From: an uncultured delta proteobacterium
Lineage (GTDB): Bacteria; Bdellovibrionota; FAC87; UBA2466
Length of the DNA: 64,000 nt
Direction: 5' to 3'
NCBI GenBank assembly: GCA_963778115.1
Contig: CAVZSV010000004.1
Location: 64,001-128,000 of the forward strand
This document shows, piece by piece, positions 20,412-29,987 of this stretch. The position numbers were made by a program, and so were the translations under genes. The first letter of the stretch is position 1, and each line of letters begins with the position of its first letter. The notes under the pieces are model-generated. The model had not been told where the DNA came from. It did no database searches and saw only the letters and a program-made list of their open reading frames with translations.

Positions 20412-21629
20412 ATGCGGGCATCGGGAGTCATCATTGGAGCGGGGATCATTGGAAGCGCGATAGCTTACGAGCTGTCCCGGCGCGGAATCACCGACTTGCG
20501 TGTGCTCGATCCCGATCTTGAGGGGAGCCTTAGTAGTACAGAGAGAAACGCTGGCGGAGTGCGTCATCTGTGGCAGCAGCCTATCAACGTCGAACTTTCT
20601 AGAATCTCCATTCATCTCTTTGAAAGGCTGAAACAAGAGATTGGCTTCCAACAATCGGGCTATCTCTGGCTATTCTCGGAAGAGAAAAAAGCACACGCCG
20701 ATCGTATTTTCGCGCATACCAAAAAGATGAATCTGCAATACGACCAGTGGTCTAAGGAACAGATCCAACAAAAGTACCCTTTCTTGGACAAACTGGAGGG
20801 CGTCTCCTGCGGCCTGTTTGGAAATAAGGACGGGCTAATTAATTCCAATGCGCTCAAGACGTACTTTCGAGAAGAGGCCCGTAAAAAGGGAGTCGTTTTT
20901 GAAGATCGTTTGTGGGTGACGGACTGCCACCCCAAGGAGGGAAACCAAAAATCCAAAGTCGAAGCGTTTCGTGCCCAATCCCAAGAGCAGGCGGCCGAGT
21001 GGTTGATGAACCCTCCCCGAAAGGAAAGTTTCACGGCAAGTCCCGAAACGTGGGAAGCCGATTTTGTCGTCTTATGTGCCGGAGCTTGGACACGGCCCAT
21101 TTTGCAGCCTCTGCTGCCCGATCCTAAAGTCGAACCCTTTCGCCGTCAGATTTGCCTTTTTAAAGCGGAAGACTTTGATCCGAATTCCTTTGGCATGATC
21201 GTCGATACGAGCGGAGTTTACTTTCATCCCGAGGGCGGAAACATCTTGGCAGGCTTAGTTCTTAAGGAAGAATCTTCTGGTTTTCGGTTCGACTACGATC
21301 CCAAATTTTTCGAGGAGCATGTTTGGCCGGCATTGTACGAAAGGTCTTCTAAACTCGAACGGCTTAAAGAGATCACAGGCTGGGGTGGTCTTTATAGTTA
21401 TTCCCCGGACATCACCGGGATCTTGGGGGCAATCCCAGGACAAAAAGAGATTTATGAAGCGCACGGCTTTACCGGACATGGTGTCATGCACAGTTATGGA
21501 GCGGCAGTACTACTCTGCGAACTCATCTTAGATGGCCGCTACCAAACCGTTGACGCATCATGCCTATCGAGAGAAAGATTCGCGCCTGGCAACGAAAACA
21601 GGCTTCTTCCCGAAACCCTTCACATCTAA
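20412..21629 (+). CDS. FAD-dependent oxidoreductase, DAO/sarcosine oxidase beta-like family
   Basis: GAGIIG, STERNAGG, GFTGHGVMHS motifs. Confidence 0.88.
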   Translation: MRASGVIIGAGIIGSAIAYELSRRGITDLRVLDPDLEGSLSSTERNAGGVRHLWQQPINVELSRISIHLFERLKQEIGFQQSGYLWLFSEEKKAHADRIFAHTKKMNLQYDQWSKEQIQQKYPFLDKLEGVSCGLFGNKDGLINSNALKTYFREEARKKGVVFEDRLWVTDCHPKEGNQKSKVEAFRAQSQEQAAEWLMNPPRKESFTASPETWEADFVVLCAGAWTRPILQPLLPDPKVEPFRRQICLFKAEDFDPNSFGMIVDTSGVYFHPEGGNILAGLVLKEESSGFRFDYDPKFFEEHVWPALYERSSKLERLKEITGWGGLYSYSPDITGILGAIPGQKEIYEAHGFTGHGVMHSYGAAVLLCELILDGRYQTVDASCLSRERFAPGNENRLLPETLHI

Positions 21630-21712
21630 AGCAGCGACACCGCGCGTCCTTCACCTTCCTTAAAAAGCTGCCGATAGCAAAGGGTACGGTCTAAAGACCC
21701 CCCGGAGGAGCC

Positions 21713-22180
21713 ATGGCAAAGACAACGTCCAAGAAATCCGAAGAAACCAAGAAACCGGCCGCCGCCAAAAAAGAGCCCCCTAAGAGCAAGGCCACTTCGG
21801 GACATTCGACAGCCAGTGCCGCCGCAAGACCAGCAAAGACAGCTGCCAAGCGAGAGGCTTCGGCACCCAAGGCCAAGAAAGAAAAAAAGAGCCGCTGCGG
21901 GGGCAAGACCTGTCGAGTAGCAGCATGCAAACGAGAATACCGCGCCAAAGGCTATTGCGGGGTTCATTACAAGAAATGGCGTCAGAACGAATTCGCAAAT
22001 GCTCGCTACAAATCCTGCAAAGACCACAGCTGCTTTAAAGCCATGGCAATGAACCGCCACGGTTATTGCGAAGAACACTTCCAGAACTACTACGTGAAGG
22101 GTGTTGAACAGGCCAAAGTGGCCGCTCCCGCAAAGCCCGAGAAAGCCGCAGAAAAAGCTCCGGCAGCTGCAGCCGGCTAG
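21713..22180 (+). CDS. Basic Lys/Ala-rich protein with two CCCH-type zinc fingers (VegA-like)
   Basis: GGAGG SD; H1-like N-terminus; CRVAACKREYRAKGYCGVH and CKDHSCFKAMAMNRHGYCEEH. Confidence 0.8.
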   Translation: MAKTTSKKSEETKKPAAAKKEPPKSKATSGHSTASAAARPAKTAAKREASAPKAKKEKKSRCGGKTCRVAACKREYRAKGYCGVHYKKWRQNEFANARYKSCKDHSCFKAMAMNRHGYCEEHFQNYYVKGVEQAKVAAPAKPEKAAEKAPAAAAG

Positions 22181-22223
22181 TTGCTTTCTTTTCGCGTTAG
22201 ACTGCGATAGCCTTTCGGAAATC

Positions 22224-23145
22224 ATGAGTCGACTTTCCGAAAGATTACTTTCCGGCCAAAAGGTGCTTACCGCCGAAATCACTCCTCCCAAAGGGGCGGG
22301 CGTGAAGAAGTTCTTGGCGCGTGCCGAAAGTCTCAAAGGTTTAGATGCTCTTAATGTCACCGATTGCCAGCGGGCACTCGTACGCATGTCGAGCCTTGCC
22401 GCTTCGCGGGTGCTGATGGACCACGGTTACGAACCCGTCTTTCAACTCACCTGCCGAGATCGCAACACCATCGCCCTGCAATCGGACCTCATGGGAGCTG
22501 GGGCGATGGGAATTTCGAACCTGCTTTGTCTAACAGGGAGATCCCGTCAAAGTTGGGGATAGTCCTCATAGCAAGTCGGTTTTCGAATTGGAAGCGGTAT
22601 CCCTTCTCAATCTCGTCAAAAAACTTCAAAACGGGCGGGACAACGAAGGGCATAAAATGAATGCCCCTACCAAATTTTTCGTGGGGGCCGTGGTCAACCC
22701 CAGTCTCGCGGCCGGACGCGGGCAGCTGGACCGAATGGTAAAGAAGATCGAGAACGGGGCTCGTTTTTTTCAAACCCAGGCCAATTATGATCTCGACGAC
22801 TTCCACGGGTTTTTAGGCGAAGCCAAAGGACTCAACACTAAAATTATCGCCGGTGTTTTGCTTTTGCATTCCTATGAAATGGCTAAGTACATTCACGAAA
22901 ACATTCCGGGCATTCGAATTCCCGAAGCTGTCTTGGAGAGATTTCGAAACTCGCCCCACCAAGAGCAAGAGGGAATCGATTTTGCGACTGAGACGATGCT
23001 GCGTTTAGAATCGGTCTGTGACGGATTTCATCTAATGTCTATCAGAGCGGAAGATCTTATTCCAAAAATCGTAGAGAGTTATCATGACAAACGCAATGCT
23101 ATCCAAAACCCCTCTTCATCACTGTCATCTCCAGCTCGGAGCTAG
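22224..23145 (+). pseudogene. metF: Methylenetetrahydrofolate reductase split by a +1 frameshift (pseudogene or sequence error)
   Basis: EITPPKG, NVTD, QLTCRDRN.IALQSDL in one frame, KKIENGARFFQTQ in another; deleting one G of GGG 22536-22538 restores LTGDPVKVGD. Confidence 0.85.
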
Positions 23146-24193
23146 AATGGTTCCGTTCGCCGGCTACGAAATGCCGGTGCAATACACTAGTGTGTTAGAG
23201 GAGACAAAAGCGGTACGGCAACACGCCGGGCTGTTCGATGTGAGCCACATGGGACAGTTTTCAGTCCACGGAAAAAATGCACTGCAGGCCGTGATGGGTC
23301 TGGTGACCAACGATTTGAGCAAATTGGGATTGGGGCAAGCCCAATACAACATGCTGTGTAATGATAAAGGTGGTGTTATCGACGATTTAGTGGTCTACCG
23401 CCGCGCTGACGACTGGGCCTATCTTTGTGTAAATGCTTCAAACCGCGCTTTGGACTTCCAGTGGATAAGCTCCCGTCTGCCCGGCCTTAGCCTTGAAGAC
23501 GAAAGTGAACAGACCGGGCTATTGGCGCTTCAAGGGCCGAATGCGCAACAGATCCTCTCGCGCGCTGTCTCCACCGATGTAGTCTCGAACTTAAAATATT
23601 ATTGGGCGACAGAAACCAAGGTTTTTAGTTTCCCCTGTTACCTTTCTAGAACGGGATATACAGGAGAAGATGGATTTGAACTCTATGTCCCGGCACAGAA
23701 TGCCGCTGCTATTTGGGAACAGCTTCTCGAATTAGGACGAAAAGACGGCCTCGTCCCTTGCGGATTGGGAGCCCGAGATACGCTTCGCTTGGAGATGGGA
23801 TATCCTCTGCACGGCCATGAATTAGCTCCCGATATCTCCCCGCTTGAAGCGGGACTTCAGTGGGTGGTCAAACTCGATCGCGCATTACCCTTTGTCGGCC
23901 AAAAAGCATTGAAGAACGAAGCCGCTGCGGGCCCCTCGCGGCGGCTAAAAGGATTTGTAGTTCAAGATAGGCGAATCGCTCGCCAGGGATATCGCATCGT
24001 CACCAAAGAAAAAGAGCCCATTGGAATCATTACTTCGGGAACTCATAGCCCCCATCTTAATACTCCGATTGCGCTTGGCTTTGTTTCCAAAGAGCATGCC
24101 GCGGATGAGAAATATTATGTTGAGGTGAGAGAAGATTTAGTTTCCGCTAATGCACAAAAGCTTCCCTTTGTTCCTTCGCATGCGAAGAAGTAA
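23084..24193 (+). CDS. gcvT: Glycine cleavage T protein
   Basis: FAGYEMPVQY, LFDVSHMG, RTGYTGEDGFE, GLGARDTLRLE. Confidence 0.97.
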   Translation: MTNAMLSKTPLHHCHLQLGARMVPFAGYEMPVQYTSVLEETKAVRQHAGLFDVSHMGQFSVHGKNALQAVMGLVTNDLSKLGLGQAQYNMLCNDKGGVIDDLVVYRRADDWAYLCVNASNRALDFQWISSRLPGLSLEDESEQTGLLALQGPNAQQILSRAVSTDVVSNLKYYWATETKVFSFPCYLSRTGYTGEDGFELYVPAQNAAAIWEQLLELGRKDGLVPCGLGARDTLRLEMGYPLHGHELAPDISPLEAGLQWVVKLDRALPFVGQKALKNEAAAGPSRRLKGFVVQDRRIARQGYRIVTKEKEPIGIITSGTHSPHLNTPIALGFVSKEHAADEKYYVEVREDLVSANAQKLPFVPSHAKK

Positions 24194-24285
24194 GAGGCTA
24201 GTCATGATGTAAACATATCCATCTTTTTCCATGAGCAGCGGTGTCCCGCTATTTGCCCACTCGCACGCTAAGGAAATCAAATTTT

Positions 24286-25083
24286 TTAAAAACTATAAGC
24301 TACGTAAGCGGAGATGAGCGGTAAAAATCCGCTGAATGAGAGATTAACGACATTGGTGCTTGAAGAGACATACTGAAAGCCGGCTTCAACTCCGATATCG
24401 AGACCTAAGTCCCAAAGGGCATGTCCTCGCCAACCCGTGGTTAATTTGCCACCAAAAGCGGTCTGGCTGCTGGATGCCGTGGAGGTATTGGCGTTGATGT
24501 GAAAAAGGCCAGCCCCTCCTTCAAACATGAAACCTCGGAAGGCAGCGTGCGTGTAATAGTACGTTGCTGTTAGGTAAGATCCAAAAGCGGTAACGCCGGA
24601 AGAAGAGTTGCTGTAGCTGGCAAACATGGGCTGAAGGCCAATCGATACGTCGCGGCCCAACGCTAACTGAACGTGGAGATCGGGATAGTAGTAATTGAAA
24701 CCAGCCGTGATTCCCAACGCTAGACTCAGTGTCTGCTTCGGCAAATTGTTGTAGGTATCCGCCAGCTGTTCGGTAGAGGTCGGCTGTCGGCTTTGCTTGG
24801 TAACCGTCACCAGTGCATTTTCCACGGGCAATCGATTTACACTCGCCATCCTAATACTGGCAGCATGTGCCGTGAGGCCTGCCACGACACCGCATCCTAC
24901 CAAGTCTTCCGCTTCATAGATGCAGACTGACTGCTGAATCCCCAAAACTTTGCCGTCCGTCTTTTTAAGATAGAGCAGCCGGGAATTGGTCTCATAATGA
25001 GCGAAAGTAGTCGCCCATAGAGGTACCACATTCGTGAGAGAGAATATGAGGAAAGCTATGCGAACCGTTCTGAAGTGACTCAT
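24286..25083 (-). CDS. Putative outer-membrane beta-barrel protein
   Basis: Signal peptide; amphipathic strands in the C-terminal half; terminal YVAYSF resembles a BAM signal. Confidence 0.7.
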   Translation of the reverse strand: MSHFRTVRIAFLIFSLTNVVPLWATTFAHYETNSRLLYLKKTDGKVLGIQQSVCIYEAEDLVGCGVVAGLTAHAASIRMASVNRLPVENALVTVTKQSRQPTSTEQLADTYNNLPKQTLSLALGITAGFNYYYPDLHVQLALGRDVSIGLQPMFASYSNSSSGVTAFGSYLTATYYYTHAAFRGFMFEGGAGLFHINANTSTASSSQTAFGGKLTTGWRGHALWDLGLDIGVEAGFQYVSSSTNVVNLSFSGFLPLISAYVAYSF

Positions 25084-25146
25084 TGAGCGGACTCCTTCGA
25101 GAACCTTATCGGTAGGAAAGGTAACAAAGGATTAACGATTTCTTTT

Positions 25147-25365
25147 TTACTGATTCTCCGGAAAGTAGCTCGCCGCCACCCCCTGACACACTGTTTCCAC
25201 GTTAGGAAGCTCGGAATTGTACTCGGTGCACATTTTAAGGAAACTAGCCTCGTCCGAGTAATCACTTGGTTCCGAGGACAGATTGATGTGGCTTCCTGCG
25301 CGGGCGGAGACGGAAGCTATCACGAAGGCGAATGCAATAAGGGCTATCTTGATGTTGAGTCGCAT
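25147..25365 (-). CDS. Small exported protein (72 aa, two Cys)
   Basis: GGAG SD; signal peptide ending ARA; sigma54 promoter 35 nt upstream. Confidence 0.7.
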   Translation of the reverse strand: MRLNIKIALIAFAFVIASVSARAGSHINLSSEPSDYSDEASFLKMCTEYNSELPNVETVCQGVAASYFPENQ

Positions 25366-25399
25366 GTTGTTTCTCCAAGCTGAACGTATGCCTTAGCAG

Positions 25400-25416
25400 A
25401 GCAAGTGCGATGCCAA
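25400..25416 (-). promoter_or_regulatory. sigma54 promoter
   Basis: Minus-strand TTGGCATCGCACTTGCT (GG-N10-GC). Confidence 0.75.
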
Positions 25417-25804
25417 GGAACCGAATGTGCCAAGTCCTCAATCAACTCCACGTAACTCAAACCAAATTTCTCTCGTTCAATTATGAAGACGAGTTTGAAG
25501 GACTCTTTAGGTATGCGCAGTTTTAAGACAAGTCTTGCGCTTTCTCCATCTATTCTCCCTATTTAGAACCTAGTAGCCTCTGTCAAAAAGGAGTGCACAA
25601 GATTTTGCATCGTAAGTATTCGAAAGTCCTCAAAAGCAGAACAAAAAGCCTCACCGACGGCAAATCCAACTCAGTCGTCTAAGAACCTAGCAAGCGATTA
25701 TTAAATCTACTGTATACACGCTGTGTCGGGTTCACACAGAAAACCTCTACTTATATAATGAAACTGCCGATCCGATATTAGCGATTCCAAATAAGGGGTG
25801 ATTC

Positions 25805-28800
25805 ATGGCCGTGGTAACCAATAAGCGGTTCGCGACAGCTGTAGTCTTAATGGGGCTTTTGTGGCTTCCGGACTGCGGTTGGTTGGGCAATGCCCAGATA
25901 ACTAGCTCCGGATCCTCGACCCTAAGCGGTACCCAAAGCCCCATCAGTCCGTTACCCACCACGTCGGGCCCGCAATTGTCGCTCAATATCTCCTCGCCGG
26001 CTGTCGTTAACCAATGTTGGGCGGGAGTCGTGACCTACCTCAATAACGGCCAAGTAGCGGCCATTCCGCTAGCCACCATTATTTCGCTAACGGCAAACAG
26101 CACGATTTCGTTTTTTAGTTCCCCGGCGTGTACTGCCTCTAGTTCAATCACTCAGGTCAGTCTATCCCTCGGAGCAAGTGCCTCCGCTTTCTGGATGAAC
26201 TTCTCCAACACCGGGAACTATTCGATTAGTGCGAGTGTTCTTTCCGGAAGTCCCGCCGGCTCGGCAAGTCTTCCCGTGAATGTCTTATTAACATCTCCAG
26301 CAACCGTACCGGCTTCGCTCACCATTGCAGGTCCTTCCCAACTTAATGCCGGTGCCTGTTCGGCCTACACGGCGACGCTTCTAAATTCGAGCAGCATTCC
26401 GGTTAGCTTTACAAGTACCACGGCACTCACCCTTGCCGGTGGCGGAGCCGGCGCTCAGTTTTTTACGGATTCGGGCTGTTCGAACTCCACCAATTCCATC
26501 GCAGTTCCCGCAGGGACCCCAGTCACCACTTTCTTCTATAAACAAACGTCGGTGGGGAGTGGAACGATTACAGGGACCGAGGGCGGGCTTACGGGAAATC
26601 TTCCCGTCATTGCCGTGGCCGGGCCGCCCAATCATTTGGCAATCGCAGGCGCCACGACGATCAATAACAACTCCTGTGTCCAATACACCGTCAGCATCCT
26701 AGATACGTACCAAAACGCGACTTCATTTACGACGGGACAATCGGCACAACTCCAGACGACGGGACCGGGAAATTTTTACTCCAATAGCGGTTGTACGAGC
26801 CAAACGACAACCCTTTCACTCGCTGCCAACACTTCGTCGGGATCGGTCTACTATCAAAGTGGATTTGGTGGAAATCCCCAATTCACAGCAGCCCTTTCCC
26901 CGCTTACCAATGGATCCCTGAGTGTGACGGTTATCGATTTGGGCCCCGGAGTGGCCGCAAAACTAGCCTTCACGGCTCCCGGAAATACGACTTCAGCGGG
27001 TACTTGTTATGGTCCCTACTCCGTCACGGTAGAAGATACCTCGGGGCGCAGCGTCTCCAATCAATCGAGCTATACGGTAGCTCTCTCTCAAAATGGAAGT
27101 GGGCATTTCTATTCAGATTCGGGTTGCAGTAACGGGATCACCTCGACGGCCGCAACCCAAGTTTTCTTTTTCAAAGACACTTACGCCGAGAATCTCACTT
27201 TAACGGCCTCGACGACTTCGCTAGCACAAGCCACAGAGGGACTCACCGTTAACGCGGGAGCGACCAGCCTTCTTGAGCTTTTTACCGATTCCAGTAGTTT
27301 TGCCGCGGGCTACTGCGAGCCTATGGAAGTAGCGTTCACCGATAACTATGGGAATGGAACCCCGCTGGTGAACGGGGCCAATGTCACTTTCACTCAAACC
27401 GGCCTCCCCATGGGAAGCCTGTTTCTAGACTCAGGATGCAGCAGTCCTTTAAATATGTCAGGGACGTCTCCCACTTTAGCCATCGCTAAAGGCAATTACG
27501 AACAAACTTTCTATTATAAAGCGACGATATCGGGGGCAGCAACACTCACCGCAGCCAGTCCCGGAGTCAATTCAGCCCTGTCGCAATTTACGGTGACGGC
27601 GGGAGCTCCTTCGACGGTAAAACTCATCACTTCACCCAATCCCGTCGTGGTGGGTGCCTGCAACGGCCCTTTCGTATTCGGTCTGTTCGATCAATACGGA
27701 AATGCGACGGTAGCTAGTGTATCGACGGTATTTACCATTACCGTCAATCAGGGATCTTTCTATACGTCGACCTCTTGCTCGGGAAGCTCCACGACTTCGC
27801 TCACTTTTGCCAGCGGCACGGGGCAAACCAATCTCTACTTTAATCCGGCATCGATGACGATCGTGACCGGAACTCTAGCCTCCAGCGGATTTACTACTTA
27901 CAATTTCACCTTTGCCATCAGCCCCGGAGGCCCCGCGGATCTGGTCCTCAGCGGAGTATCGCCCCTTTCGATCGCAGGCCCAGGACAAGGTGTGGCCGGA
28001 AAGTGCCTTCCTCTTAGCGTTAGCTTAACCGATGCTTTCGGGGATAGCGTCACCAACAGCACTAGCCTATCGGTAAGTTTCTCAGCGAGCGGTCCAGGAA
28101 CTTCCGTTTTCTATCAGGACTCCTCTTGTAAGACGTCCGTGACTTCACTAACACTGCCCGCTCAGACCAACTCTATCGGCGTCTATTACGAAGGAACGGG
28201 AGCGGGAAATCTTACTCTGACGGCTAGCGCCACCGGCTTGAACAATGCGACTTATCAATTAGCGCTAAGTGCTGGACCCGCGGCGGAACTTGCGATCTCA
28301 GGCCCCTCAAACGGAATCGCTGGCGTCTGTGCGGGGCCGTTCCAAGTGACGGTAGCGGACAGTTTTGGAAATCCTACGGCCGGCCCGGGGCTCTCGATCA
28401 GCCTTTCCGGAGCGAGCCAAGGCCTGTTCTATCAGGACAACTTTTGCAGTACCCAGATCACATCCGTAGCCATGACAGCCCCCTACGTATCGGCCCAGTT
28501 TTACTTAGGAGATTTTATAGCGGAAAACCTAACGTTAGCGGCTTCAGCCAACAACGTTGCCGGAGCCACCTATCCTTTTCCGGTGGGCCCCAATTCACCG
28601 CAGATGCTTCTCTTTAAAGGACCGACTTCGGTCAGCGCTAACCAGTGCGGAGGACCTCTCACCTTTGAAGTCACTGACCATTTCGGAAACGTGACTATCG
28701 ATCCGGTGAACGATCGGGTTTTCACATTGGGTGAATCCGGAGGCATCAATGTGATGGGCCCCAACTGTCAAGGAGCCGTCCTCACCGTACCCGTGCTACA

Positions 28801-29212
28801 CGCGACAAAGGACTCCCTACCGTTCTCATTTGGATCGCCTTACCTTCAATCTTCTCAGCTTAGTTTCATTCAGACCTATCCCTACAACCCAAGCATCGGG
28901 GGTTCGATTACGCTTTCCGTGGTTCAACCCTTGATCCCTCAAATCACGGCCTTTGCGCTAAACGCAATCCCCGAAACCTCGATTGCGGTTAGTCCATCAC
29001 AATCGGTTAACGTCTCTTGGACCGCGGTGAATGTGAGTAGTTGTGTCGTAGATCCCGGATCCGTTTCTATAACGGTGACCGGTTCCGAAGGGGCTTGCGG
29101 ATTAAAGAATTTCACTGCCTCAAAGACTTACAACATGGCATTAAATTGTACGGGCCTTAATGGCGCTCCCGGCGTCAGTCAGCTCTTCACGGTGTCGGTA
29201 CTCTCGCACTAA
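25805..29212 (+). CDS. Large Ser/Thr-rich surface protein with tandem Cys-containing Ig-like repeats (1135 aa)
   Basis: N-terminal signal; about eight ~110-aa beta-rich repeats each with F(Y/F)xD/SxxC; very few charged residues. Confidence 0.85.
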   Translation: MAVVTNKRFATAVVLMGLLWLPDCGWLGNAQITSSGSSTLSGTQSPISPLPTTSGPQLSLNISSPAVVNQCWAGVVTYLNNGQVAAIPLATIISLTANSTISFFSSPACTASSSITQVSLSLGASASAFWMNFSNTGNYSISASVLSGSPAGSASLPVNVLLTSPATVPASLTIAGPSQLNAGACSAYTATLLNSSSIPVSFTSTTALTLAGGGAGAQFFTDSGCSNSTNSIAVPAGTPVTTFFYKQTSVGSGTITGTEGGLTGNLPVIAVAGPPNHLAIAGATTINNNSCVQYTVSILDTYQNATSFTTGQSAQLQTTGPGNFYSNSGCTSQTTTLSLAANTSSGSVYYQSGFGGNPQFTAALSPLTNGSLSVTVIDLGPGVAAKLAFTAPGNTTSAGTCYGPYSVTVEDTSGRSVSNQSSYTVALSQNGSGHFYSDSGCSNGITSTAATQVFFFKDTYAENLTLTASTTSLAQATEGLTVNAGATSLLELFTDSSSFAAGYCEPMEVAFTDNYGNGTPLVNGANVTFTQTGLPMGSLFLDSGCSSPLNMSGTSPTLAIAKGNYEQTFYYKATISGAATLTAASPGVNSALSQFTVTAGAPSTVKLITSPNPVVVGACNGPFVFGLFDQYGNATVASVSTVFTITVNQGSFYTSTSCSGSSTTSLTFASGTGQTNLYFNPASMTIVTGTLASSGFTTYNFTFAISPGGPADLVLSGVSPLSIAGPGQGVAGKCLPLSVSLTDAFGDSVTNSTSLSVSFSASGPGTSVFYQDSSCKTSVTSLTLPAQTNSIGVYYEGTGAGNLTLTASATGLNNATYQLALSAGPAAELAISGPSNGIAGVCAGPFQVTVADSFGNPTAGPGLSISLSGASQGLFYQDNFCSTQITSVAMTAPYVSAQFYLGDFIAENLTLAASANNVAGATYPFPVGPNSPQMLLFKGPTSVSANQCGGPLTFEVTDHFGNVTIDPVNDRVFTLGESGGINVMGPNCQGAVLTVPVLHATKDSLPFSFGSPYLQSSQLSFIQTYPYNPSIGGSITLSVVQPLIPQITAFALNAIPETSIAVSPSQSVNVSWTAVNVSSCVVDPGSVSITVTGSEGACGLKNFTASKTYNMALNCTGLNGAPGVSQLFTVSVLSH

Positions 29213-29231
29213 TTTCGTAAGCGCAAACCAC

Positions 29232-29567
29232 TTATTTGCGGCAATAGGGACCGTCGAAACGGTATCCAATCACGACACCTTCGGGATTGAGAAGAAAGTT
29301 CGTTTTACAATCATAGTACGGAACCGGTTTTCCGGATGCCGTATCCCGCATCAATTTCACATCCGACGAACGTTTAATGTAGGTGAGGTTTTTCCCACCG
29401 TCCGAAAGCGCTACCGTTTGACTGGGCCGCCCCCACGCATTGACCAGTTCCGCTTCAGAATGGCCATGCCATTGCTCCAGAGTGCTTTCGTAAGCTCTAG
29501 TCGTCGTACACGACGCAGAGAGAAGACTCGCCAACGTCCAAAACCCAATCCATACTTTTGTTCTCAT
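29232..29567 (-). CDS. Small lipoprotein
   Basis: Start MRTKVW at 29567; lipobox-like SASC; W.G.S..ELV.AWG.P motif. Confidence 0.7.
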   Translation of the reverse strand: MRTKVWIGFWTLASLLSASCTTTRAYESTLEQWHGHSEAELVNAWGRPSQTVALSDGGKNLTYIKRSSDVKLMRDTASGKPVPYYDCKTNFLLNPEGVVIGYRFDGPYCRK

Positions 29568-29606
29568 GCCTAAAGGATACTGGATTTTCCTCCCAATGCC
29601 TATCCC

Positions 29607-29668
29607 CACAAGAAGGTACGGCCTACCTTTCTGTGGGACTACATAAAGGTAGGCCGTACCTTCTTGTA
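29607..29668. repeat. Inverted doublet of the 29-bp REP-like palindrome (copies 2 and 3)
   Basis: CACAAGAAGGTACGGCCTACCTTTCTGTG (29607-29635) and TACATAAAGGTAGGCCGTACCTTCTTGTA (29640-29668). Confidence 0.85.
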
Positions 29669-29900
29669 TAGGAACGGGACAGGCCGCTAACAATTTGACG
29701 AATTTCAAATTCCTAAATGTTTACGCAGTTAACGCGGGTGACAATGCGCGCCACTCAGGGGATTGGCTTTATTTCAAGTCGATGACGACTGGTGCGCGAA
29801 AACTGCCAGTCTCCAGAAATTTAATTTTGTATTCCCTCCAAACACGCTGATTCCAAAAGCGTTATCGTCGATAAAATTGCTCACGAACTACCGCTTTTTC

Positions 29901-29917
29901 CTGGCATCGTTAATGCA
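29901..29917 (+). promoter_or_regulatory. sigma54 promoter
   Basis: CTGGCATCGTTAATGCA (GG-N10-GC), 70 nt before ATG 29988. Confidence 0.7.
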
Positions 29918-29987
29918 CTTTTCAACCTCAGGGGAATAGCTGAGGCGAATGTCGCACGTGTTTTTTTTGCGTAGTGGGAGTTGAACT

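Noticed and set aside
21626..22387. 253-aa minus-strand ORF
   Set aside because: Antisense to the zinc-finger gene and metF, which have far stronger motif support
22525..22562. Programmed frameshift or phase variation in metF
   Set aside because: No slippery heptamer, long homopolymer or stimulatory structure seen
25747..25778. FliA (sigma28) promoter before the 1135-aa gene (GCCGAT/CCGATAT)
   Set aside because: The -35 TAAA element is poor at the required spacing
29607..29668. REP doublets as a mini CRISPR array
   Set aside because: Copies are inverted, spacers are 1-4 nt and no cas genes are present
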